Made by a program: the position numbers and the translations under genes. Below, piece after piece: positions 42,905 through 52,449 of a stretch of 64,000 bases of DNA. The notes beneath the pieces are model-generated. The model worked only from the letters and a program-made list of their open reading frames with translations. It was not told the origin of the DNA and did no database searches. Origin of the DNA: Synechococcales cyanobacterium VAR_4_metabat_354 (GTDB lineage Bacteria > Cyanobacteriota > Cyanobacteriia > Cyanobacteriales > Chamaesiphonaceae). Position 1 is the stretch's first letter, and each line of letters opens with the position of its first letter. The stretch is from assembly GCA_031414775.1 (NCBI GenBank), contig JANOQI010000046.1:116116-180115 (forward strand). Direction: 5' to 3'.

Positions 42905-45277
42905 CTAAAATTGATGACGAAAAGAAACGTTAAAAGTATTGTCACGGAAAATATTTGCCTTCGTACCTAGTGTCCGACGAAAATCTATTTCCGCTGCATT
43001 CCAGCTCATATAAATCTTAGAATTCGATTCTGGATCGACGACAAAGCTCAGACTAGCACCAAAAGGAGATGTTGATACACTCTGGTCAAAGGCCGTATAA
43101 AAAGCCCCCAGGTTCAGACGATCATTGATTTTCCAGCCAACATTAAACAGTGTTTTACTTTCAACAGCATCTGGTAGCAAATTACCAACAAACTGCGTAC
43201 CGCCCACGGAAACATTACCAAAATTAGCAGTTACACCCACATTGACAAAACTTTGAGCTGATCGTACCGGCAGAGACTGAATGGTCATTAAGCCATCAGC
43301 AACATAGTTAGCATTGACTCCAATTACCAAATTGTCCCGGTTATTATCACCAAGAGAGATCGCCTGAGTAGCATTAGCAAATAGTTGAGTATAATGTTCA
43401 GGATCAGGATTAAGATAACCAACCCCACCCGCGCTAAAACTAAAACCGTAGGGATTAACGATCGAGTAATCAGTCCCGATATAGGCTTTGATATCTTGGG
43501 TGGTTTGGGGTTGCAGACCCACATTGAAAATCGTACCGGCAAAATACCGCCATAAAGTATTTTCAGTCAGACTAGTACCGGTAAAACTGATGTGTGGGTA
43601 ATAGTCTGTGCGTTGACGAATGGTTTCTACATCGTATCGATCGACATCCCGGTTATAAACCGTAACATAACCTTGGGCATAGGCATTTTGTAACGCCCCG
43701 GAGGTAAAGTTCACACCATTGAGATTGATATCGACGGGAACGTTCCCACCCTCACCGCCACCACTATTCACGATAACCGGTGCGCGGAGAGTTTTATAGT
43801 AATAGTCTCGTTCAAATTTTCGCTCAATGACTGGAGATAGACCGATCCATAAAGCCTGATGACTAGCCCCCGGCGGAATTCTCGGGTCATCGCCCCGACT
43901 AGCTGCTGAACCGGTTCCCCCTTGATAAACAGTCAGGCTCTGATCGGGAATGCGGAGCGCATTGGCTGCCCGAAAAAGATTGGGATTAACTACAATTTGG
44001 GCACCCGGTTGACCAGGAGCAATGTTAAGCTGAAATTTGGGCAAGACTTGCCCGAGGGCTTGTACCGCCAAATTAACTAGCTGATTGCGATCGCCATTAA
44101 TATAGTTGACAGATCTGATGGTGCGGCCCAGAGTTGATTCTACACCGTTGGTGGCAAAATCTTGGTTTAACCGGGTATGGTTCACGGCAATCTCGGTACT
44201 GAGATCTTCTCGCCGTCCCCCAGTCAAAATGGGAGGTGGGGCACCTTCTGTTTTGACAATACCCACTGCTGGAAAATATAAATCTAGTCCATAACTTGAT
44301 TTATTCTTGCCATTAGCGCCACCTTGAAATCCTGGTTTTCTGATCGCCGTTACCGATGCTGGGGAAATTACATCACCGAATTGGGAGGTCACTTTAACGT
44401 TAAATGGCTGCAATTTGCGTTGATCGATCACACTGTCGTCAATTGTCAGCCCCGGCAGATAAGTACAAACTCGCCCAGAATTGTCTAAACAGTTGGCATC
44501 TAAACTAATTTGTTGACGTACACCCAGTAGGGTTTGGGGCTGCGATACGGAAACAGCAATATCATGACTTTTACTAATACTACGCGCTCCACCTACTTCC
44601 AATTGGGTGTTGACTCTTAATACCCGGTCAGCAGTAACACTTTGAATATTCTTGGCTTGAAACAGTTGATAAATATTAAAATTGAGATCACTCGTCCGAA
44701 AATTCCCCGACTCATAACCAGATTTGACGTTGGTTGTACTTAAATGGGATACCCGATCGCCATTCAGCACAAATTGGGTTGAAAACGGATCAACTTCTTG
44801 CGGTGCTAGTTCCTGTGGCGTGATTAGATAACGGGGGTCTTGAGATGATTCCTGCTGGGGCGAAATAGGTGCAGATTTTAAAGGAACGGCTGGTGCATTA
44901 CTAGGAGTTGGAATTAATATGGATCCTAAATTGGAACTTAGCGGCCTAATCTCGGTACTTTGTGGCGATATAATACTTGGCAGATTAGGAATAGAAATAG
45001 AAGGGATCGGTATTGCTATTTGAGCAATTTTGATAGGGCGATCAAGATCATTTTCTTCCACGCTAATATTTTGTTTAGCTTCTCGATCGAATGCCCCCAA
45101 TTTTATTAGTTGGGTAGAAGATATGTCATCAAAGTCAAACAAATCCTGATTAGTCTTGGTTGCTTGCTCATATGCTTGAACACCACTACAAACAAATAAA
45201 GAATAACTAGTAACTGCGACGAAGTAATAGACCAACTTATGTACGTTCTTAAGAGAATCTAATAGTCGCAAATACAT
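42905..45277 (-). CDS. Large predicted outer-membrane beta-barrel protein of unknown family
   Basis: Signal peptide (VQA), Pro/Ser linker, CLDNSGRVC Cys pair, many amphipathic strands, C-terminal FNVSFRHQF beta-signal. Confidence 0.75.
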   Translation of the reverse strand: MYLRLLDSLKNVHKLVYYFVAVTSYSLFVCSGVQAYEQATKTNQDLFDFDDISSTQLIKLGAFDREAKQNISVEENDLDRPIKIAQIAIPIPSISIPNLPSIISPQSTEIRPLSSNLGSILIPTPSNAPAVPLKSAPISPQQESSQDPRYLITPQELAPQEVDPFSTQFVLNGDRVSHLSTTNVKSGYESGNFRTSDLNFNIYQLFQAKNIQSVTADRVLRVNTQLEVGGARSISKSHDIAVSVSQPQTLLGVRQQISLDANCLDNSGRVCTYLPGLTIDDSVIDQRKLQPFNVKVTSQFGDVISPASVTAIRKPGFQGGANGKNKSSYGLDLYFPAVGIVKTEGAPPPILTGGRREDLSTEIAVNHTRLNQDFATNGVESTLGRTIRSVNYINGDRNQLVNLAVQALGQVLPKFQLNIAPGQPGAQIVVNPNLFRAANALRIPDQSLTVYQGGTGSAASRGDDPRIPPGASHQALWIGLSPVIERKFERDYYYKTLRAPVIVNSGGGEGGNVPVDINLNGVNFTSGALQNAYAQGYVTVYNRDVDRYDVETIRQRTDYYPHISFTGTSLTENTLWRYFAGTIFNVGLQPQTTQDIKAYIGTDYSIVNPYGFSFSAGGVGYLNPDPEHYTQLFANATQAISLGDNNRDNLVIGVNANYVADGLMTIQSLPVRSAQSFVNVGVTANFGNVSVGGTQFVGNLLPDAVESKTLFNVGWKINDRLNLGAFYTAFDQSVSTSPFGASLSFVVDPESNSKIYMSWNAAEIDFRRTLGTKANIFRDNTFNVSFRHQF

Positions 45278-45400
45278 ATAAATACTTCCATGAGTTTAGC
45301 AATCTGGCCAGAACAAAATGTCCACCCCACGAATCCAATTCAAATTGAATCGAACTAGGAATGAATATTTGTTCTCTTTGGTTTAATTTGGTTCAATAAA

Positions 45401-45443
45401 GAGCTGATAACACTAGTTTGGATTTGGCTAGTGTTGTCAGCTC
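45401..45443 (-). terminator. Stem-loop between secreted protein B and the barrel gene
   Basis: GAGCTGATAACACTAG / CTAGTGTTGTCAGCTC 16-bp stem with one mismatch, then TTTATT on minus strand. Confidence 0.65.
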
Positions 45444-45456
45444 TGCATACTATTTA

Positions 45457-46137
45457 CTACTTGACGATGGCAGGAAGAAATTTCAAGCCAGTAGCAGGAC
45501 CACTATAGTGATAAGTAGTTTTAGTTTCTTTGCCAGTGGATGCCGTAGAGCCACTACCAGTCTCATTCTTGGTAGCACTTGCTTTGAGGCTAGCATTAAG
45601 TGAAACGCTGCCATTGCTGCCACTAGCACTTTGGCTAGCAGATTGCTTGTCAACAGATGCATTCAAAGACTTTTTCTTGATTGCCAGGGTTGCATCTTTG
45701 GTAGATTGTCCAGAACTGTGGTGATATTGGCTTTGATTAGCCGCAAATGCTAAAGCAGCTTGCTCTTCGTATTTACTGGCGGCAGTATACTGATACTTGC
45801 TTTGGTCAGACGTATTGGCTGTGACTGCTTCATAACCAAACTCTACAGGAGCGCTCCAACCATCAGCATTAGCAGTAGTACCATGCTTGCTGCTAGAAGA
45901 ATCAGCCTTAGCTGAGGTTTCACCAGTCGCTACAGCCGCTGAAAGCTCACTGATGCCAGTGCCACCACCACTAGCATTACCACCAGGAGTAATGGAGAAC
46001 TTACCAGCAGTAGCAGAATGGCTATTAAACTTGATGGATACAGCAGCAGCGGTAGAACCAGTATCAGCGAAAGCAGCAACTGGGCTGAAAATAGCAGCAG
46101 TGGCGATAATTACAGCGATTTTAGTAGAAAAAGACAT
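45457..46137 (-). CDS. Secreted Ser/Thr/Ala-rich protein B (paralog of 41592-42275)
   Basis: Sec signal (AFA-DTG), collinear with paralog A with no indels in the mature region. Confidence 0.85.
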   Translation of the reverse strand: MSFSTKIAVIIATAAIFSPVAAFADTGSTAAAVSIKFNSHSATAGKFSITPGGNASGGGTGISELSAAVATGETSAKADSSSSKHGTTANADGWSAPVEFGYEAVTANTSDQSKYQYTAASKYEEQAALAFAANQSQYHHSSGQSTKDATLAIKKKSLNASVDKQSASQSASGSNGSVSLNASLKASATKNETGSGSTASTGKETKTTYHYSGPATGLKFLPAIVK

Positions 46138-46534
46138 ATCGTTGATCTTCCTAATTTTTGGTTAGTAGTGTATGATTTGAGGCAAGTGTTTTAGATCTAG
46201 CTCGTTAACCAAGCAACCCCTAAAAACGATGGTTTTTAGTTCCAATTTCGGATCTACCTTCGTCTTTAGACTGGTAGGTGAAGTTGATGGGCTGTTTTGT
46301 TGCAATAATTCAGAGCTATTCGTTGACTGTTTTTGCATGTAGCTGGTTGCTTGGTGTCTCTGTGCAGAGCCATCTGGGTGCTTCCATGTTTCAATACTAT
46401 TCACTAGCTTTTGGTATGGCAAGAGAGCAATCTGGCTTTAAGCGATAAGACGGATAGAGCGTCAGCAACAATACTCAGGCTAGCTAAAACCATTGCCGAC
46501 GAATTAAGTAAACTGAAAATTATCGCTATAAACA

Positions 46535-47227
46535 TTGCAACGCATCACGATCGATCCTCACCAAATCCAAGCTGATCAGCTCACCCTGACCACCGAGCAA
46601 CAGCATTATCTCAGTCGAGTATTGCGTCTAGTTCCTGGTGGACAATTTCAAGTAATTGATGGACGAGGTGCTATTTATCTAGCTAGCCTCCAGACTACGG
46701 GAGCTAAGATCTTAGAAAAGCTAGACCTGTGGCACGGTGAACTACCAGTGTCGGTAAATTTGGTTTTGGCCATTCCCAAAAATGGCTTAGATGATGTAAT
46801 TCGAGCCTGTACTGAACTGGGAGTAAAAGCAATTTACCCAGTCACTAGCGATCGAACTATCCCTAAACCAAGTAGTCACAAGCAGCAACGCTGGCAGAAG
46901 ATTGCCCAAGAAGCTGCTGAACAGTGCGAACGGCTAATTATTCCTGTTGTTCACGATCTACAGACTTGGCCACAAATATTACCTCCATCTACCGATCAAA
47001 AATTTATTTGTGCAGCCAGGGGGACAACTACCCATTTCATTAAATGTGATCTGGCTGCAGCTCCCATATGGGTGTCGATCGGACCAGAAGGCGGTTGGAC
47101 AAATCGTGAACTAGAACAGGCGATCAGCCAAAATTGGCAGCCAGTTTCACTCGGTTCTAGAATATTGAGAGCCGTCACGGCACCCATTGTGGTCATGTCG
47201 ATTGTTAGTAGCATCTTAGAGTCTTGA
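46535..47227 (+). CDS. rsmE: 16S rRNA m3U1498 methyltransferase
   Basis: HYLSRVLRL, TELGV, EAAEQCER, IGPEGGW, SLGSRILRAVTA. Confidence 0.95.
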   Translation: MQRITIDPHQIQADQLTLTTEQQHYLSRVLRLVPGGQFQVIDGRGAIYLASLQTTGAKILEKLDLWHGELPVSVNLVLAIPKNGLDDVIRACTELGVKAIYPVTSDRTIPKPSSHKQQRWQKIAQEAAEQCERLIIPVVHDLQTWPQILPPSTDQKFICAARGTTTHFIKCDLAAAPIWVSIGPEGGWTNRELEQAISQNWQPVSLGSRILRAVTAPIVVMSIVSSILES

Positions 47228-47496
47228 TCATCTTTAATGTTCGCCACAAACAATTCTTAAACACTGGCCGGCATGTTACACAACCTTATCAGAACTACAT
47301 GAATTCTCGGAGTTGCTTTTCCCCAAGGTTTGATTTACCGTAGATATATATGATGGTGTATCTTACTTGCAGTTATATTTGTTAGTATTTTGTCTTACTG
47401 ATTGGACGAGAACATTTCATCGATTATTACCGTCCGTGGACTTACACAAGTTAATTCAGTAAAGATAAATTCAATTACTTGCCTTTTCTTCTAGAA

Positions 47497-47526
47497 AGGT
47501 TAAAATTGGATTAAGCAAAGGTTAAG
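47497..47526 (-). promoter_or_regulatory. Pho box-like triple direct repeat (SphR type)
   Basis: Minus strand CTTAACCT-TTG-CTTAATCC-AAT-TTTAACCT, 11-bp period. Confidence 0.55.
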
Positions 47527-47650
47527 TAGAGGGAATTCTTGTACTAAGCATCTTCGATGGTTAGTTATGAGTTGAAAAATAGCCCAAAGCTCTGACATTA
47601 ACTTAATTTTTCCATGTATCCGGCTGAGAAAGCCACACTAAGGGTAAATT

Positions 47651-47920
47651 GTGATTAATCGTTCGGACTTCATATATCATCGTAATAATTATTCTGGTAC
47701 CGTACAGCCGGAAAACTTATTATTTAACGCGAACATGCAAGAGTTTTCCCAAAAGGTTGGTTATATTACCAGCCTAGAGACAGCGGGAAAGATTTCCCCT
47801 CAAGAGTCTTATCGCCAGATTAAAGCTTTATGGAAAGACTTGAAAAGTAGTAAGAAGCAGCTGGGAATTGGTAAACATCCATTTACTCCGGACGCAAATT
47901 CCAATCCGGAAGCGGAGTAG
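47651..47920 (+). CDS. Conserved small cyanobacterial protein
   Basis: YSGTVQPENLLFNANMQEFSQKVGYITSLETAGKISP..IKALWKDLK recognised as a widespread cyanobacterial hypothetical. Confidence 0.85.
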   Translation: MINRSDFIYHRNNYSGTVQPENLLFNANMQEFSQKVGYITSLETAGKISPQESYRQIKALWKDLKSSKKQLGIGKHPFTPDANSNPEAE

Positions 47921-47978
47921 TATTTATTGTTTGATAGCAAAGATGCAGTATCTAGCTAGATATGGCATCTTTTACTAT

Positions 47979-48965
47979 TTATTTACGAGACTGCATCCGC
48001 AGGACATTCAGTAATTTATCAAAAAATGGTGGTGGATCGGCTTGTACCATTACCAACTCGCCAGTTACAGGATGTATTAATTGCAACTGCCAAGCATGTA
48101 ACGCGTGTCCTGGCATATTGACTTTTACCCCCCGACCAGAGCCATACATAGCATCACCAACGATCGAATGTCCTAAGTGGTTACTATGTACCCGAATTTG
48201 ATGAGTACGTCCAGTTTCTAACCTAAACTGGAGCAGGCTGTAATTTCCCAGTCTTTCTAAAACTTGCCAGTGCGTCACCGCTTCACGCCCACCGTTTTCA
48301 ACATCAACAATTGCCTGTTTTTGGCGTTCTACTGGATGTCGTCCAATCGGTAGATCGATCGTACCGCCTTCAACTTTTGGCGAGCCGTAGACTACTCCTA
48401 AATATTCGCGCCGGGCTGTTTTAGCTTGGAGCTGGGCTTGCAAATGTTGATGGGCGAAGTCCGTTTTAGCAACCATGATTGCTCCGGTGGTATCGCGGTC
48501 TAGCCGGTGGACAATACCGGGTCGATGTACACCGCCAACACTAGAAAGTGGACAGTGAGCCAGCAGAGCATGAACTAGGGTGCCACTGTGATGTCCTGGT
48601 GCTGGATGTACTACCATTCCTACTGGTTTATTTACAATCAATAGCTGGTCGTCTTCATAGAGGATATCTAGTGCGATCGGCTCGGGAATTAAATCTAAAT
48701 CAGTCGGTGGCGGAATTTGGATGGTTAACCTGTCGCCTACCTGTAACTTTTGCTTTTTGTTGTCACACAGTCGATCGTTGAGTTGTACTTGGCCTTGAAC
48801 GATCAGTTTTTGCAGGCGCGATCGAGAGAAGTCGGATAGCTGTAGGGCCAGCCAAGCATCAATCCGGAGGTCAGTGGTTGGTTCGGTAACGGTGAGGTCA
48901 ATGGTCTGAGGGGTCAGCGCAGCGATCGGATCGGGAGTCATGTAAAATTCTGAAAGTACAGTCAT
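47979..48965 (-). CDS. rluD: RluA/RluD-family 23S rRNA pseudouridine synthase
   Basis: S4 domain (RIDAWL..SRSRLQKLI), NKPVGMVVHP, VHRLDRDTTG, LETGRTHQIRVH. Confidence 0.9.
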   Translation of the reverse strand: MTVLSEFYMTPDPIAALTPQTIDLTVTEPTTDLRIDAWLALQLSDFSRSRLQKLIVQGQVQLNDRLCDNKKQKLQVGDRLTIQIPPPTDLDLIPEPIALDILYEDDQLLIVNKPVGMVVHPAPGHHSGTLVHALLAHCPLSSVGGVHRPGIVHRLDRDTTGAIMVAKTDFAHQHLQAQLQAKTARREYLGVVYGSPKVEGGTIDLPIGRHPVERQKQAIVDVENGGREAVTHWQVLERLGNYSLLQFRLETGRTHQIRVHSNHLGHSIVGDAMYGSGRGVKVNMPGHALHAWQLQLIHPVTGELVMVQADPPPFFDKLLNVLRMQSRK

Positions 48966-49189
48966 CGAAGCTCATTGAGCCTAATTAGTTCTAGTCGAAC
49001 CATATCAACATTATGGCTCGTTTGAACTGGCAATTACACGATGTGTTTCGCTACTACCTAGATCTTATTACTGGGATGCCGTCGAATCAGTAGCGGAAAA
49101 TGTATTTTGTCCAAAGCTAAAAGAGTAATATTGATACTTTTGAGCTTGGAATAAAATAAGAAATTATCTTGAAAATCAGCAACGCTTTA

Positions 49190-49241
49190 TTTAATCTTAA
49201 CTTAATCTTTATTTTATTTTGATTTAATTAAAGCTTAATCC
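49190..49241 (+). promoter_or_regulatory. Pho box-like phased repeat array
   Basis: TTTAATCT, CTTAATCT, (TTTTATTT), TTTAATTA, CTTAATCC at an 11-bp period; AT-rich context weakens significance. Confidence 0.35.
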
Positions 49242-49348
49242 AAACTCTGGCAAATATTCTATGTATTTTTTTGTTGTTGGAACACTTTCTTTGACAATTA
49301 GCTCTTCGGAAATCTCCACTTTTTTGGAATAAGATGAGTTACTCTAGC

Positions 49349-50095
49349 TTAGTTAAGCTCATTACTATCTTGTTCCGCCAAATCTTGTTCGATCGTTCGC
49401 CAACTTACAGATGTTACGCCAGATTCTAGACTGAGGCGGCTGACCATTTGCTCTAAAAAAGCGTCATCACGTTCTTGGGTCACAAAATTAGCCTTCACCC
49501 CAATGTGGTCAGGATTTTCTAGATCCTCACTGCGGAGAGAGCGCAACTGCATATTGCCATTGTTGAGAGCCTGAAGCAAAAGAGCGCGGATCCGGGCTTG
49601 TTTTTTGCTGCGACAAACCACTGAACATTGGTAGACCAGCTCGAGTTCAGTTCCCTGAAGGGATTCTTGATTAATCCGTCGTCCGATGGGGCGCAACAGA
49701 ATATTTGTGGTCAAGATGCCAATGGCTCCAATAAATGCATAACTGAGCAATCCCGCCCCACAGAGGGAACCGATCGCTGCGGCACACCAAATTGTAGCCG
49801 CAGTGTTCAAGCCCCGAATACTAATTCCTTCCCGTAAAATGACCCCGCCACCGAGAAAACCAATTCCAGAAACGATTTGAGCGGCGATGCGAGTAGGGCT
49901 AGCATCTCCTGGAGTCAACACCGAAAGCATCACAAATAGGGATGCACCCGTTGCCACGAGGGTATTGGTTCGTAGTCCGGCCATCCGTTGTCGCCACTGA
50001 CGTTCTAACCCAATGGCTGAGCCAAGTGCAAAGGCCATAACCAATCGAATTGTAAACTCCACCTCGGTTATGTACGTAAATTCTGTCACAACCAT
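49349..50095 (-). CDS. mgtC: MgtC/SapB family membrane protein
   Basis: IGLERQWRQRMAGLRTNTLV, RIAAQIVSGIGFLGGG, GLNTAATIW, C-terminal ACT-like domain. Confidence 0.93.
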   Translation of the reverse strand: MVVTEFTYITEVEFTIRLVMAFALGSAIGLERQWRQRMAGLRTNTLVATGASLFVMLSVLTPGDASPTRIAAQIVSGIGFLGGGVILREGISIRGLNTAATIWCAAAIGSLCGAGLLSYAFIGAIGILTTNILLRPIGRRINQESLQGTELELVYQCSVVCRSKKQARIRALLLQALNNGNMQLRSLRSEDLENPDHIGVKANFVTQERDDAFLEQMVSRLSLESGVTSVSWRTIEQDLAEQDSNELN

Positions 50096-50506
50096 GTTGT
50101 TGTTCCTTTTCCGCCGCCTAGCTTGCCGATATGAATGGCAAAAGAATTACAGAGTAACAGTCGCATATTGCCGTCTAAATTCCTAAAGATAATATTGTTA
50201 AATTCCAACTAAAATAATCTAACAATTCTATAGTCTAACCAATTCTGTTGCAATAAAGAAATAAAGTTCTAGTTTAAAAAATGCTGCTAAGTAATACGCG
50301 AGATTTTCAAAATTAGGAGTAGCATATATATTTCAATTCTTTTTCTTTTTTCTAGAGAAGCTAGTGCAATTTATAGATAAAACAACATGGCTAAATAGAT
50401 ATCGCTAGGGTTTGGACGAATCCATCCATTCGGATGCTTGGATGCGGACGATGAGTATTAGTTTGCCTGAACTATCTGGTTTGAACACTGAAGATTCTCC
50501 TTCCTT

Positions 50507-50596
50507 GAGTTTCTGGGGGTTGACTTTAATCACCAGGCTCTAGAACTAGCTAGTGCTAGTCTAGATGGCACGGTCAAAATATGGAATGCCCCATAA
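50507..50596 (+). pseudogene. WD40 repeat gene 3' remnant
   Basis: Manual translation EFLGVDFNHQALELASASLDGTVKIWNAP*, with an in-frame stop just upstream. Confidence 0.6.
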
Positions 50597-50727
50597 ATTA
50601 TCTACCAACAACTCTGGGCAGCAAGAGCAGCTAGCCATCACCAGTGGGGGTATTGTCAGTAATTTCATAGTAGTTTTACTATTTAATAGAACAATAGATT
50701 TAATGTCATTTGGCAACATAGCGGCTC

Positions 50728-51108
50728 ATGCATTTCCCCAGTCTGGCGCGGGTGCTTACACGCACAGAACTCATCAAACTAACTGCTTCTTTTCTTCTTT
50801 TAGTTTCTCCATTAGTTGAGGCTCATGGTGGTCATGGCAACGAGTTTGCTGGCCAAGATAACCAAGGCGAACAGAAAAGTACTAACGTGCCGATCGATCG
50901 AGAAACTGCCCAACGCATCGGCATTCAAGTAACGGCTGCTAAAAAACAAAGATTGAATGTAGAAATTGCCGCCACTGGCCAAATCGAACTATTACCCAGC
51001 AAAAAAGTAGAAGTCACGGCTCCCATTAAAGGCAAGTTGGTGCAACTATTTATCCAACCCGGCAGTAAAGTAAATGCCGGTCAAGCTTTAGCGATGCTCA
51101 TGGAGTAA
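50728..51108 (+). pseudogene. Truncated heavy-metal RND efflux membrane fusion protein (CzcB/CusB-like N-terminus)
   Basis: AHGGHGNEF, RIGIQV, ATGQIE, VTAPIKGKLVQLFIQPGSKVNAGQAL (first lipoyl half) then stop at 126 aa. Confidence 0.75.
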
Positions 51109-51203
51109 AAACATGAAGCGCAATACTCAGTTCGGGCTACCTCCTTAGGCTCCCTGAATGCAAACAAAATATCTATTTAATTATTTAGCTAGGAATTGAA
51201 AAC

Positions 51204-51926
51204 ATGAAATCATTAACTATCGGAATTTTTGCTGTCGCTAGTATTGGACTATCCCTCGGTGCCTGTGGCAATAATCCTTCCACTAGTAGCAATAGTAACG
51301 AATCGGCGATTGCTGCCAGCTCGTCAGCTAATAAATTGCAACCAGCCGCTGCCCCTAAGAATATTGCGCAAATGGATCATGGTGGAATGAAGAATGGCAG
51401 GATGAATCACAACAATATGGATGTTGGGCCGGCGGATGCCAACTACGATCTGCGTTTTATCGACAGCATGACTCTCCATCATCGGGGTGCGTTAGTAATG
51501 GCTCAAGAAGCATTACAAAAGTCTAAACGCCCCGAACTAATTAAACTTGCGAACGGAATCGTGACCGAGCAGAAAAAAGAAATAGCCCAGATGCAGCAGT
51601 GGCGGAAGCAATGGTATCCGAAAGCATCAGCGACGCCGGTAATGTGGCACGCTGCCATGAATGGTGAAATGCCTATGACAGCTGAACATAAACAGTCCAT
51701 GATGATGAATATGTCTCTAGGTAAGGCCGATGCTGGGTTCGATCGAAGATTTCTAGATGGTATGATTCCTCATCATCAAGGTGCGGTGACTATGGGACGA
51801 GATTTATTGCAGAAATCTAAACGCCCCCAGATGAAGAAACTGGCTCGAAATATCATTACGTCCCAACAATCGGAAATTGATTTGATGACTAAATGGCGGA
51901 AAGAATGGTATGAAAATAAAAAATAG
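51204..51926 (+). CDS. DUF305 CopM-like Met/His-rich copper-binding lipoprotein
   Basis: LGAC lipobox; two DxRFxDxMxxHHxGAxxM repeats; Met-rich. Confidence 0.88.
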   Translation: MKSLTIGIFAVASIGLSLGACGNNPSTSSNSNESAIAASSSANKLQPAAAPKNIAQMDHGGMKNGRMNHNNMDVGPADANYDLRFIDSMTLHHRGALVMAQEALQKSKRPELIKLANGIVTEQKKEIAQMQQWRKQWYPKASATPVMWHAAMNGEMPMTAEHKQSMMMNMSLGKADAGFDRRFLDGMIPHHQGAVTMGRDLLQKSKRPQMKKLARNIITSQQSEIDLMTKWRKEWYENKK

Positions 51927-52142
51927 TTAGATAGAATAGCAGAAGGGGAATGAATGCTGTGGTTGTAATTTCAGCTCTTTGATTTGACTGTGGGTTAAAT
52001 GAATGATAGTTGTTTGGCTATCTACTAATGCGAGTTCAACCTGTACCTCGCCGTTTCGTAAAACAGTGTGGCTGACTTTGGCCGTAATTGAATAACTACT
52101 AGAGTTTTCTGTTGTTTTATTTTGAAGTTGGCTAGCTGACAT
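51927..52142 (-). CDS. Stand-alone TOBE-like small protein
   Basis: AGGAG 8 nt upstream; EVQVELALVDSQTTIIHLT..LKLQPQ resembles the C-terminal TOBE-like domain of CysA. Confidence 0.55.
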   Translation of the reverse strand: MSASQLQNKTTENSSSYSITAKVSHTVLRNGEVQVELALVDSQTTIIHLTHSQIKELKLQPQHSFPFCYSI

Positions 52143-52263
52143 TATGCTTTCTCCTATTTAGTTGATGACGAATGTAAACTTTGTCTGTTTCGCTGAGTAG
52201 AGGGTTCCAGATTTTATTTAAAACCCTCTATGTACTAAACCAAATCTTAATAAATAACTGTTC

Positions 52264-52413
52264 TTATTTTTTGGGCATTGGCATGGGCATATCCATTTTT
52301 TTACAACAACCACAACCGCCGCCATCTGCTGCAAAAGCAGCTCCAGTTGTTAGCATGAGGATGGCAGCAGCCGCGAACACTGAACCCACCAAAACTTTGA
52401 CTTGCTTTGACAT
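52264..52413 (-). CDS. 49-aa exported Cys/Met-rich putative metal-binding peptide
   Basis: Below ORF-track cutoff; MSKQVKVLVGSVFAAAAILMLTTGAAFAADGGGCGCCKKMDMPMPMPKK*; AGAGG RBS; MerR-type promoter upstream. Confidence 0.85.
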   Translation of the reverse strand: MSKQVKVLVGSVFAAAAILMLTTGAAFAADGGGCGCCKKMDMPMPMPKK

Positions 52414-52449
52414 GACTAATTACCTCTGAAATATTTTGAATCTGCTGCC

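Noticed and set aside
46162..46422. 86-aa upstream ORF as a leader peptide for subunit B
   Set aside because: The homologous frame upstream of subunit A has a stop and no start; conservation is better explained at the nucleotide level
50096..50460. M-box riboswitch or leader peptide upstream of mgtC
   Set aside because: No recognisable ykoK/M-box sequence or convincing leader ORF; only AT-rich DNA
52181..52429. 82-aa plus-strand ORF
   Set aside because: Antisense shadow of the 49-aa micropeptide, which has the RBS, signal peptide and promoter
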